Assembly: GCF_014396165.1 (NCBI RefSeq) | Contig: NZ_CP060715.1 | Coordinates: 210,001-242,000, forward strand | DNA from: Erysipelothrix inopinata | GTDB taxonomy: Bacteria; Bacillota_I; Bacilli_A; Erysipelotrichales; Erysipelotrichaceae | Direction of reading: 5' to 3' | Length of the DNA stretch: 32,000 bases | In this document: one piece after another, positions 1 to 7,800 of the stretch | Numbering within the stretch: the first letter of the stretch is position 1 | How the letters are laid out: every line of letters starts with the position of its first letter | Translations under genes and position numbers: made by a program | The notes under the pieces: model-generated | What the model was told of the DNA's origin: nothing | Seen by the model: the letters and a program-made list of their open reading frames with translations, nothing else | Databases searched by the model: none

Positions 1-976
1 CCATTTTATTAAAAACTGTCAGGATTTTTTTATCGAGAACACCCATATCGTCAAGAATTTTTTCCGTTGTCTGGGCTTGAAGAGTTACATTATCACTGGA
101 AGCATCTAAAACATGAACAATTAAATCTGCATCATACAATTCTTCGAGCGTAGATTTAAAAGCATTCACAAGATGTGTTGGTAATTGTGAAACAAACCCA
201 ACAGTATCACTGACGATAACTGGCAATGTTTGGTTGAGTTTCATGGTTCGTAATGAAGCATCCAATGTTGCAAATAGCATATCTTGTGCTAATACATATT
301 TAGGCGTTTCATCCCCACTTAATTCGAGCATTCTATTTAATATTGTAGATTTACCTGTGTTGGTATAGCCAACCAAGGCAATGATGGGTATCGTTTGTCC
401 TTGTCTTTTTTTTCGGTTTGTTTGGCGTGTTGTTTCTATTTTAAGAAGTTGTTGTTCTACAGCTCTAATTTCTCTAAGCACATGACGGCGATCTGTTTCA
501 AGTTTTTGTTCACCCGGTCCCCGTGTTCCAATACCGCCACCCGTACGTGATAAATAATCACTGTATCCGATAATTCGAGGTAAACGGTATTTCATTTGCG
601 CGAGCTTTACTTGATATTGACCTTCTTTAGATCGCGCTCTACTTGCAAAGATATCTAATATTAAAGTGGTACGATCTAGGATCTTACATCCTATAATTTC
701 TTCGAGGTTTCGCAGTTGCGAACCCGATAACTCATCATTAAATACAACAGCATCGATTTCAAGATGATTAACAAGATCTGCTATTTCTTCGACTTTTCCT
801 TTACCCAATACCGTTCGCGAATCGTAGGAATCACGACTTTGAGTAATTATTTTGACAGGAATCGCACCTGCCGCACGGTCTAATTCTTCAAGTTCCAACA
901 TTAATTCTTGGGTGTCTTGATCGTCTTTCTTAAGATTTACACCTACGAGTAAGTGCCTTTCTTTTTTTTCTTCCAA
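1..976 (-). CDS. hflX: GTPase HflX (partial; C-terminal end lies beyond the window start)
   Basis: Absent from the ORF track because it runs off the window. Minus-strand translation starts at TTG 976-974, with SD GGTGG 5 nt upstream. It reads MEEKKERHLLVGVNLKKDDQDTQELMLELEEL...RTGGGIGTRGPGEQKLETDRRH...IPIIALVGYTNTGKSTILNRM...SDTVGFVSQLPTHLVNAFKSTLEE. These are the HflX N-domain, the G1 motif (GYTNxGKS) and the G3 motif (DTVGF). The frame stays open to position 1. Confidence 0.85.
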   Translation of the reverse strand, partial: MEEKKERHLLVGVNLKKDDQDTQELMLELEELDRAAGAIPVKIITQSRDSYDSRTVLGKGKVEEIADLVNHLEIDAVVFNDELSGSQLRNLEEIIGCKILDRTTLILDIFASRARSKEGQYQVKLAQMKYRLPRIIGYSDYLSRTGGGIGTRGPGEQKLETDRRHVLREIRAVEQQLLKIETTRQTNRKKRQGQTIPIIALVGYTNTGKSTILNRMLELSGDETPKYVLAQDMLFATLDASLRTMKLNQTLPVIVSDTVGFVSQLPTHLVNAFKSTLEELYDADLIVHVLDASSDNVTLQAQTTEKILDDMGVLDKKILTVFNKM

Positions 977-990
977 ATTTACCACCTTTT

Positions 991-2214
991 CTAAAAATAA
1001 TCTGAGAAGTAAACACGGTCAACAACTACAATACGCGCCAAACTTCTCTGAGCTCTACGACTCGCTTCAATACGTCCTAAACGTGCCAAGTCGTTCACTG
1101 TCTTGTATCCCATCATCAATGTTGTAAGTGTTCCTATATCCATCTTGACACACTCACCAATAGGTTGATCTGTAATAATTATATCTTCATTTTTATCCCA
1201 TTCCACACCAAAGATTCGTTCATTCCATGGTGCTACAGGATCAATGATTTCGAAATGGAACGGATCACACGTATCCATGAATGGATACTGTTTTAAGTAT
1301 CCTTCAACATCTACAATTCGTGCCATGTAGTATGGCTGAATGGTTTCAACGATATCGCTATCTTCAAGGTTAAAGGCAATCGCTTCACCCGCATAATTTT
1401 TACCACGAACTTCTTCAATCATTGAGAAATGGGCACTGATAAAATTCCAGATACCCTTTCGAGCATCTTGGTTCATGAATATCATTTCTTTAATATGGAA
1501 TACCTCATCAAGTATCCAGTAAAAACATAATCCCGTCGGTTCATCATTTTGGTCATAATACACTGCGGCATAACGATCTTCTTCGTTTTCCCAACGCCAG
1601 TATTCTTCCCATGCTAATCGATCTCGAACCATCGCACCATGATGAGTACGAGCGAATCGATCATAGATTTTATAGACATCTTCATCATCGATATCCAATC
1701 GTTCAACATGTCCTCTAACAGGAACTGTTTTAGGGAGTTGCGAATCTTTGAGTGTAAAACTCATTTGATCCGAGATGATTTCCCATCCCTTATGACGATA
1801 AAAAGGAATACTATAAGGAAATAGATAGGAGATATACTGTTGATTGTCCCTCATCTCGCATAAGGCTCTATATATGAGATCACTAATGAGTCCTAGGTTA
1901 GCAAACTCAGGATAAGTACCCACACCAGTGATACCACCCATCTTCATCATATTGCCATGCATGTTTACCTCGCAGGGATAAACCGCAATTTGAGAGATTA
2001 ACTCTCCATCATTATCAAACCATCCGAAGACATCTGCTTCCGTTAAAATCGGTCTTTTAGCTCTAACAATTTCATTTTCATTATCGTATCCAGAACTAAT
2101 AATTTCGTCTTCACTTACTTGGAAGACGTATCTTAAAAGCTCATTAAATTGATCTAAATGGTCAACGGTAACCCGCTTTAGTTCCAATCGGTCACGAATC
2201 TTATTATGATTCAT
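991..2214 (-). CDS. Eis-like GNAT N-acetyltransferase (GNAT domains plus a C-terminal SCP2-like domain)
   Basis: About 407 aa, matching Eis-family length and layout. Acetyl-CoA region pattern: GITGVGTYPEFANLGLISDLIYRALCEM...YLFPYSIPFYRHKGWE. The track start at 2223 is a GTG inside the SD GAGGTG. The ATG at 2214 follows GAGGTG plus a 6-nt spacer, so the start was moved there. The stop at 991 lies 15 nt before the hflX start. Confidence 0.65.
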   Translation of the reverse strand: MNHNKIRDRLELKRVTVDHLDQFNELLRYVFQVSEDEIISSGYDNENEIVRAKRPILTEADVFGWFDNDGELISQIAVYPCEVNMHGNMMKMGGITGVGTYPEFANLGLISDLIYRALCEMRDNQQYISYLFPYSIPFYRHKGWEIISDQMSFTLKDSQLPKTVPVRGHVERLDIDDEDVYKIYDRFARTHHGAMVRDRLAWEEYWRWENEEDRYAAVYYDQNDEPTGLCFYWILDEVFHIKEMIFMNQDARKGIWNFISAHFSMIEEVRGKNYAGEAIAFNLEDSDIVETIQPYYMARIVDVEGYLKQYPFMDTCDPFHFEIIDPVAPWNERIFGVEWDKNEDIIITDQPIGECVKMDIGTLTTLMMGYKTVNDLARLGRIEASRRAQRSLARIVVVDRVYFSDYF

Positions 2215-2234
2215 TTTTTTCACCTCATATGTCT

Positions 2235-2262
2235 ATTATATGCGAAATAATCACATACTCAA
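2235..2262 (-). promoter_or_regulatory. Candidate sigmaA promoter for the Eis-like/hflX unit
   Basis: The minus strand reads TTGAGT-16 nt-TATAAT, about 20 nt upstream of the SD and directly downstream of the uppP terminator. Confidence 0.4.
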
Positions 2263-2273
2263 AGCAAGATAAT

Positions 2274-2299
2274 ATAAAACTGCGGAATCACTTCCGCAG
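2274..2299 (-). terminator. Rho-independent terminator of uppP
   Basis: On the minus strand the stem is CTGCGGAA-gtga-TTCCGCAG (8-bp perfect stem, 4-nt loop), followed by TTTTAT. It starts 10 nt after the uppP stop. Confidence 0.75.
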
Positions 2300-2308
2300 T
2301 CACTGTAA

Positions 2309-3151
2309 TTATTTTAAAACATAGAAGTAGAATAACACCAAGATACCCAAGGCGATACGATACCAACCAAATGCTTTAAAGTCATTCTTACGGATATATC
2401 CAAGTAAGAATTTGATGGTTACAACTGATACGACAAACGCTACAATCATACCCACGCTTAACATCATGAACTCAGCACCTTCAAATCCGCCACCTTTGAC
2501 GAAGAATTTACCAAGTTTTAAAATACTTGCTCCAAACATAACAGGAACAGCCAAGAAGAATGTGAACTCAGTAGCCACCATTCTTGATACACCAAGCATC
2601 AATGCCCCTACAATAGTTGCTCCAGAGCGTGAAGTTCCAGGGAACAATGCTGCAATTAATTGGAAAATCCCAATTAAGAATGCTGTTTGATATGTAATTT
2701 CCGCAATGCTATTAACTTTAGGTTCTTTTCCTTTATTACGATTTTCTACCACAATAAAGATAACCCCAAAGAGAATCAACATAATCGCCACTACTGTTGG
2801 ATTATAAAGATGTTTATCAACCCATTCATCCATCAACATACCGATTACACCAGCAGGAATACATGCAACAACAATCTTATACCACATCGTCATGGTTTCT
2901 TGTTTTACGTAAACTTTTCCTTCTTTACTACGGCGTAATGGCCACAACTTACTCCAGTATATAAACACAACTGCAAGTATCGACCCAAACTGGATAACAA
3001 CAAAGAACATATTCATAAATTCTGGTCGCGCTTGAAGTTTCAAAAACTCATCAACAAGAATCATATGACCTGTACTACTGATTGGCAGCCATTCAGTAAT
3101 CCCTTGAACAATTCCAAGAATTACGACTTTAAACATTTCTACTAAATTCAT
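2309..3151 (-). CDS. uppP: Undecaprenyl-diphosphate phosphatase (BacA/UppP family)
   Basis: 280-aa polytopic membrane protein. It carries the family hallmarks GITEWLPISSTGHM at the N-terminus and PGTSRSGATI. ATG start with SD GGAGG upstream. Confidence 0.9.
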   Translation of the reverse strand: MNLVEMFKVVILGIVQGITEWLPISSTGHMILVDEFLKLQARPEFMNMFFVVIQFGSILAVVFIYWSKLWPLRRSKEGKVYVKQETMTMWYKIVVACIPAGVIGMLMDEWVDKHLYNPTVVAIMLILFGVIFIVVENRNKGKEPKVNSIAEITYQTAFLIGIFQLIAALFPGTSRSGATIVGALMLGVSRMVATEFTFFLAVPVMFGASILKLGKFFVKGGGFEGAEFMMLSVGMIVAFVVSVVTIKFLLGYIRKNDFKAFGWYRIALGILVLFYFYVLK

Positions 3152-3288
3152 AATGCCTCCATTTATATATATTCATACTTAACTATTCTATCATATATTT
3201 ATAATCGTCGATACACCTGTTAGATACAAGTATTTCTTAGTGAAAAGTGTTTTTCTTACGAAATTGTAAGACAGTTGTTGCACCACTG

Positions 3289-3297
3289 TGTTAATAT
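3289..3297 (+). promoter_or_regulatory. Candidate extended -10 element (TGtTAATAT) for the ABC-2 operon
   Basis: TGnTAATAT lies about 23 nt upstream of the SD-supported ATG at 3320. No good -35 at 17-nt spacing (TTGTAA is 22 nt away). Confidence 0.3.
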
Positions 3298-3319
3298 AGT
3301 GATGCAACGGGAGGTTATT

Positions 3320-4234
3320 ATGAAAAACACAATGATTGAAATAAAAAACTTGTCAAAAGAATATGGCAAATTCAAAGCAGTTTCAGATGCATCAATTACC
3401 ATTAATCAAGGTGATATCTACGGACTGATTGGAAAAAACGGTGCTGGGAAAACCACAATCTTTAAAATGATGTTGGGACTTTCTCATGCAAGTTCAGGAA
3501 GCATCTCTATTATGAATAGCTCAAATGATGCGGAATTAAGAAAAAATCGTCAAAAAATTGGTTTCTTTATCGGATCAAATTTCTTCTCCTATCTTAACGC
3601 ACACGACAATATCGAATACTATCGCCGTATGAAAGGTGTTGAAGACACTAAAGAAACGGATCGCGTTCTAAAGATTGTTGGATTATATGGTGAGAAGAAA
3701 CCTTTTAAATCATATTCAATGGGGATGAAACAACGACTTGGTATTGCGAACGCACTTCTAGGAAATCCAGATATCGTTATTCTTGATGAACCGATCAACG
3801 GATTGGATCCCCAAGGAATCGTGGAAATTCGTCAACTAATTAAAAAGCTAAATAAAGAAATGAATAAAACACTCGTGATTTCATCACACATCCTGAGTGA
3901 ATTGGATTTAGTCGCGACACGATTTGCAATTATCGATCGCGGAATCATCTTAAAAGAGTTAGATCGTGCTGATCTCGCAAATGAAGAAGGTTCTGTCGTT
4001 ATTATCAAAACAAATAATTTGGAAAAAACAGTCACAATCTTAAAAGATGCAACTCAAATTGAAAACATCTCAATTCAAGATGACAAAATTATTATTAACC
4101 AAGATAACATCAATACTGCTTCACTTTCAAAATATATCGTCGAAAGTGGTTTAGAACTTATTGAGATTTATGCTCAACACAATTCACTCGAAGACTTCTA
4201 CTTCAACTTAACAGGAGGACAAAACAATGCTTAA
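3320..4234 (+). CDS. ABC transporter ATP-binding protein, BcrA/LanF-like (ABC-2 exporter subfamily)
   Basis: Walker A GKNGAGKTT, signature YSMGMKQRLGIANAL, Walker B IVILDEP, H-loop SSHIL, C-terminal LEDFYFNLTGG. The track start 3275 is TTG. The ATG at 3320 follows GGGAGG plus 5 nt. Confidence 0.85.
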   Translation: MKNTMIEIKNLSKEYGKFKAVSDASITINQGDIYGLIGKNGAGKTTIFKMMLGLSHASSGSISIMNSSNDAELRKNRQKIGFFIGSNFFSYLNAHDNIEYYRRMKGVEDTKETDRVLKIVGLYGEKKPFKSYSMGMKQRLGIANALLGNPDIVILDEPINGLDPQGIVEIRQLIKKLNKEMNKTLVISSHILSELDLVATRFAIIDRGIILKELDRADLANEEGSVVIIKTNNLEKTVTILKDATQIENISIQDDKIIINQDNINTASLSKYIVESGLELIEIYAQHNSLEDFYFNLTGGQNNA

Positions 4235-4973
4235 TTATTTTAAAGCCGAATTCTATCGTATTTTCCACAAAAAAAGTTTCTACATTTTTCTAGCATCATG
4301 TTCTGTCCTTTTCATTGCTGCGACATTCATTGCTTCAGGTCAAATTAAAAGTGGCCTTGATTACGCTCAGTTCATGAGTTTTATCACTCAAATGATTCCA
4401 ATTTTCATCGGTATCTATACCTTTGGACTTATTTACGGAGATGAATTACGTTCCAAATCAATGCAAACAGCGATTGGATTTGGACACACTCGATTCGAGA
4501 TTATTATTAACAAACTCTTTGTCAGTTTTGCTCTCCTACTAATCTCATACATCGTTATGATGATTCATGTCATGGTGTTGCCATTATTCCTAGGTTTCAG
4601 TTTAAGTAGTGAGGTTACAGGAATGATTGCATTCCAATTCTTCACACCACTACTTCAAACATTTATTTATTTCTCAATCGCAAGTATTATGGCATTCTAT
4701 ACACAAAAGGCTACCTCAGCAATGTTATCCTTTGTACTTCTTGCAACAGGTACAGTAAATCTCATTGTTTCCCTTATCCTCGGACAAAGATTTCTCATAG
4801 ACATGGTAGGCGACTTAAGACCTTATCTACTCACTAACATTATCAACCAAATCAATGCAGGATTCTTCAACCACAACTTATCAGCAGATCTCTTCATTGG
4901 TCCAGTACTCTACCTCGCAGTTTCTATTGCGGTAGCAACATTACTCTTTAACAGAAAGGAGCTTGAATTCTAA
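4227..4973 (+). CDS. ABC-2 type exporter permease (BcrB/LanEG-like, about 6 TM)
   Basis: 248-aa hydrophobic protein. It overlaps the ATPase stop by 8 nt and has SD AGGAGG. The size and the N-terminal MLNYFKAEFYRIFHKK pattern are typical of ABC-2 peptide-antibiotic immunity permeases. Confidence 0.75.
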   Translation: MLNYFKAEFYRIFHKKSFYIFLASCSVLFIAATFIASGQIKSGLDYAQFMSFITQMIPIFIGIYTFGLIYGDELRSKSMQTAIGFGHTRFEIIINKLFVSFALLLISYIVMMIHVMVLPLFLGFSLSSEVTGMIAFQFFTPLLQTFIYFSIASIMAFYTQKATSAMLSFVLLATGTVNLIVSLILGQRFLIDMVGDLRPYLLTNIINQINAGFFNHNLSADLFIGPVLYLAVSIAVATLLFNRKELEF

Positions 4974-5356
4974 TGAAAAACGGCGGAAAAATAGTTGCAG
5001 CAGTACTTGTTGTACTTGTTATATTTGGTTCTATCAAAGTGAAGCAATACTATGATGATCGTTATGTAGGTTCCGACTACTACACACGTGTTCCTGCAGA
5101 CCAATCAACTGATCCTGAACCACTCTATGATGATAGTGGTAAAGAAGTTGATACTGGAAAAGAATATGCGCTTGTGAGCTATAATGAAAAAGGCGAAAAA
5201 CGTGTGCTTGAATTTTCGTACAGAACGGAAGATTCTAGCAAACTCCTCCAACCTGTCCAATACGTAAAAGTTAGCGCTAGTAAACAAATTGTTGTTGGAC
5301 AAGAAGTTGTTAAAGAAAGTGATGTTCCTGAATCAGTTCTAAAATACTTAAAATAA
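4973..5356 (+). CDS. YxeA-family (DUF1093) small membrane-anchored or secreted protein
   Basis: 127 aa with an N-terminal hydrophobic anchor. The pattern DRYVGSDYYTRV...YALVSYNEKGEKRVLEF is characteristic of DUF1093. The start shares 1 nt with the permease stop (TAATG). Confidence 0.7.
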   Translation: MKNGGKIVAAVLVVLVIFGSIKVKQYYDDRYVGSDYYTRVPADQSTDPEPLYDDSGKEVDTGKEYALVSYNEKGEKRVLEFSYRTEDSSKLLQPVQYVKVSASKQIVVGQEVVKESDVPESVLKYLK

Positions 5357-5386
5357 AGTATAATAGCACTATAAGGAGGATCAATC

Positions 5387-5557
5387 ATGAAAGCTTATCA
5401 TCTTACGAAATTAACCGAAGCAATTATGAAACAAAAAAATTTAAGTCCCACAGATGCCCATCGCATCGCACTTGAAATTTATACACATGTGAATTGGGAT
5501 TTAAATAAGAAAAAATATGATACTCTTGCCAAAGAATACTTTGACAACCGTGCTTAA
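5387..5557 (+). CDS. Hypothetical small protein (56 aa, soluble, predicted helical)
   Basis: Below the size cut-off of the ORF track. Strong SD AAGGAGG 6 nt before the ATG. Sequence: MKAYHLTKLTEAIMKQKNLSPTDAHRIALEIYTHVNWDLNKKKYDTLAKEYFDNRA. It is followed directly by a strong terminator. I recognise no family. Confidence 0.55.
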   Translation: MKAYHLTKLTEAIMKQKNLSPTDAHRIALEIYTHVNWDLNKKKYDTLAKEYFDNRA

Positions 5558-5561
5558 ACCG

Positions 5562-5591
5562 ACTGTCTCGTTAATTTGAGACAGTTTTTTT
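5562..5591 (+). terminator. Rho-independent terminator ending the ABC-2/yxeA/small-ORF unit
   Basis: Stem ACTGTCTC-gttaattt-GAGACAGT followed by TTTTTTT. Confidence 0.8.
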
Positions 5592-5596
5592 CACCC

Positions 5597-6454
5597 TTAA
5601 AAATAGTGATGGTTTCTAGCTAAAAATTCTTTGAATGATTTGATATTATCATCTTTACAACAAAATTGATTGGTGATCATGCCTACCTCTTGATTGATTG
5701 GGTTGGTTTGATTCATATAAACCATCAAATCGTTACTCTTTATCAACTCTTGAACTACTATTTGAGGAAGTAATGCAACACCTTGGTGATTTAATGCAGC
5801 ATGCAAGAGTGTTTCATTGTTATTAGCAACCCATTTAATTTCAACTGACTCCGATGTTGTCATTATGAATTGATTCATATGATTTCGATAGGAACTTCCT
5901 TCTTCTCTTACGAGTAGCGAAACCGTATCACAATTAACACTTGAATAGGTCGGGCTCGCCACAAACACCAAATCAAGATTCATTAATTTCTCATATAATA
6001 CAGAATCGTTTGCGAATTTTCCTTCAACAATGGCAATATCTATTTCATTATCAGAGATAAGTTTATTAATGTTACTGACATTATCAACAATGACCTCAAC
6101 ATGAATACCACTTTCCCTTTCATATTCATACACTAAAACCGGTAATACAAACGATGCCATCGTAACAGTACACCCAATTTTTAAAGAAGATACTAATTTC
6201 TTGCTGTTGAATAGTTCAATAACTGCTTCGCTTTCTTTCAAAATTGATTGGGCATAGGGGTAAAGCGCAATCCCAGATGATGTGAGAACAAGATTTCTTC
6301 CCTTACGTTCAAATAGGGAAACTCCCAATTCTCTTTCTAATTCTTTAATACCTTGACTGACAGCAGGCTGAGAAATATAGAGTTTCTCAGATGCTTTTGA
6401 CACAGTTCCATACATACAAACATACATAAACATTTTGAGTCGATCGATATTCAT
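5597..6454 (-). CDS. LysR-family transcriptional regulator
   Basis: N-terminal HTH (GTVSKASEKLYISQPAVSQGIKELERELGVSLFER) plus a LysR substrate-binding fold of typical length (285 aa). Divergent from the CHR genes. Confidence 0.9.
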   Translation of the reverse strand: MNIDRLKMFMYVCMYGTVSKASEKLYISQPAVSQGIKELERELGVSLFERKGRNLVLTSSGIALYPYAQSILKESEAVIELFNSKKLVSSLKIGCTVTMASFVLPVLVYEYERESGIHVEVIVDNVSNINKLISDNEIDIAIVEGKFANDSVLYEKLMNLDLVFVASPTYSSVNCDTVSLLVREEGSSYRNHMNQFIMTTSESVEIKWVANNNETLLHAALNHQGVALLPQIVVQELIKSNDLMVYMNQTNPINQEVGMITNQFCCKDDNIKSFKEFLARNHHYF

Positions 6455-6539
6455 ATAAGCACCTCTTATAGAAAGTATAACATTACCGTATTATTAATTA
6501 TAGATTATTAAACCTATACTATATCTGAGGTGGTTAACA

Positions 6540-7082
6540 ATGAATATAAATATTGAACTTTTTAAGCTTTTTGCAATCTCTAGTGCTTTCACATTTTCCG
6601 GTGGTCTTGCAATGATACCGATGCTTCATGATAAATTAGTTACTGAGAATAACTATCTATCGAATGACGAATTTTATCACTACATTGCTTTATCTCAATC
6701 TCTTCCAGGAGTTACAGCTGTTATTTCTGCTTGTTTACTTGGAGAAAAAATTAATGGAAAAAAAGGACGTCTTGCTGCTTCACTTGGAGCCATATTACCA
6801 ATTCTTTTTTTAATGATTGTTTTAACAATGATTTATGAGGTCATTCCCCAAACAGGTATCATAAAGTATATTTTTATCGCAATACGATCTACAGCCGGAA
6901 TCTATATTTTTGAGGCCGCTTTCTCAATGACGCCTCATATCATTTCAAAATCTAAAAAATCTTACTTCTTAATCTTAGGTGTTTTTATCGTGGTTACCTT
7001 TCTCAATATATCAATACCCACTATTATATTAGGTTGTTTCATAATGAGTATTTTGATGACTGTTAGGGAACGATACTTATGA
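6540..7082 (+). CDS. Chromate-ion transporter (CHR) family protein, short-chain half 1
   Basis: 180-aa polytopic membrane protein with the pattern FTFSGGLAMIPML...LPGVTAV. SD GAGGTGG. ATGA overlap with the next gene. Confidence 0.8.
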   Translation: MNINIELFKLFAISSAFTFSGGLAMIPMLHDKLVTENNYLSNDEFYHYIALSQSLPGVTAVISACLLGEKINGKKGRLAASLGAILPILFLMIVLTMIYEVIPQTGIIKYIFIAIRSTAGIYIFEAAFSMTPHIISKSKKSYFLILGVFIVVTFLNISIPTIILGCFIMSILMTVRERYL

Positions 7083-7618
7083 TTCAATTATTTCTTACTT
7101 TCTTAAAAATCGGATTTCTTGGTTTTGGTGGAGGATACGCAATGCTATCTCTTATCTACGAGAATGCAACTAAGATTGGTATTACTCCCTTACAGTTTTC
7201 CGACCTCAATGCATTAGACCTTCTTGCACCTGGTCCAATAGCAGTCAATTCCGCAACATACGTTGGATATATTACCCAAGGGTTATCAGGAGCAGTTCTC
7301 GCAACAATTGCTGTCTGTATCTCTTCCTTTCTCTTTTCACATCTACTCTATAAATATGAAACGTTTCTTTTAACACATCCTGTTTTTAAGAAGTTTTTAA
7401 ATCTGACTAAGATATCAGCTATCGGCATTATTGCTTCAGTTGCAGTTTCACTCATCTATGATTCCTTTAAACTTGAAGGAGAACCCCTTCTTATTTCAAT
7501 CTCAATCTTCGTACTTATATACTGTCGATTTAAACAAAAGATGGGAGTACTACCAAGTATGGCTGTGATTGCGACCGTTGGTATTCTTTATGGAGTATTC
7601 CTTATCCCCGTATTATAG
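7079..7618 (+). CDS. Chromate-ion transporter (CHR) family protein, short-chain half 2
   Basis: 179 aa. LKIGFLGFGGGYAMLSLI...LAPGPIAVNSATYVGY is the classic CHR-domain motif. Confidence 0.85.
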   Translation: MIQLFLTFLKIGFLGFGGGYAMLSLIYENATKIGITPLQFSDLNALDLLAPGPIAVNSATYVGYITQGLSGAVLATIAVCISSFLFSHLLYKYETFLLTHPVFKKFLNLTKISAIGIIASVAVSLIYDSFKLEGEPLLISISIFVLIYCRFKQKMGVLPSMAVIATVGILYGVFLIPVL

Positions 7619-7630
7619 TCGCACTCAATC

Positions 7631-7659
7631 TTTACCATCTAATAATGGTGTGATATAAT
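7631..7659 (+). promoter_or_regulatory. Strong sigmaA-like promoter motif (TTTACC-17-TGaTATAAT)
   Basis: Perfect extended -10 (TG at 7651-7652, TATAAT at 7654-7659) with a 4/6 -35 at exactly 17-nt spacing. It lies 12 nt after the CHR stop and about 200 nt before the next start codon. Functional status unknown. Confidence 0.35.
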
Positions 7660-7691
7660 TAACAAAGATGATATACGTATATTTTCAGTGA

Positions 7692-7740
7692 AAAATCTCC
7701 CAGTGCATCCTAATAATCTTGCATGGGGTGATTTTATTTT
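7692..7740. terminator. A-tract/U-tract flanked hairpin: a bidirectional-type intrinsic terminator, or a leader attenuator
   Basis: AAAATC-t-CCCA-g-TGCA (12-nt loop) TGCA-TGGG-gt-GATTTT, followed by ATTTT. About 14 bp with one bulge and one internal loop. Most simply read as the terminator of the CHR pair. Confidence 0.45.
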
Positions 7741-7800
7741 CCCATCACCGAATATATTAATTTGATCCATACTTCGATCCATTGTAAGTCATCAACAAAT

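Noticed and set aside
6455-6539. A LysR-type T-N11-A box in the LysR/CHR divergent region.
   Set aside because: There are several AT-rich partial dyads (ATAAC...TATTAT, ATTAATTAT), but none has a convincing T-N11-A inverted repeat. It cannot be called by eye.
7677-7682. CGTATA, which resembles the -10 of sigmaW-type ECF promoters (relevant because B. subtilis pspA-ydjGHI is sigmaW-dependent).
   Set aside because: No TGAAAC-like -35 lies at 16-17 nt spacing; the nearest AAC is only about 12 nt away. The site also lies upstream of the terminator-like hairpin.
7688-7765. 25-codon GTG-initiated ORF spanning the leader hairpins (possible leader peptide).
   Set aside because: It has no SD sequence, a GTG start, and no codon pattern suggesting amino-acid or antibiotic-sensing attenuation.
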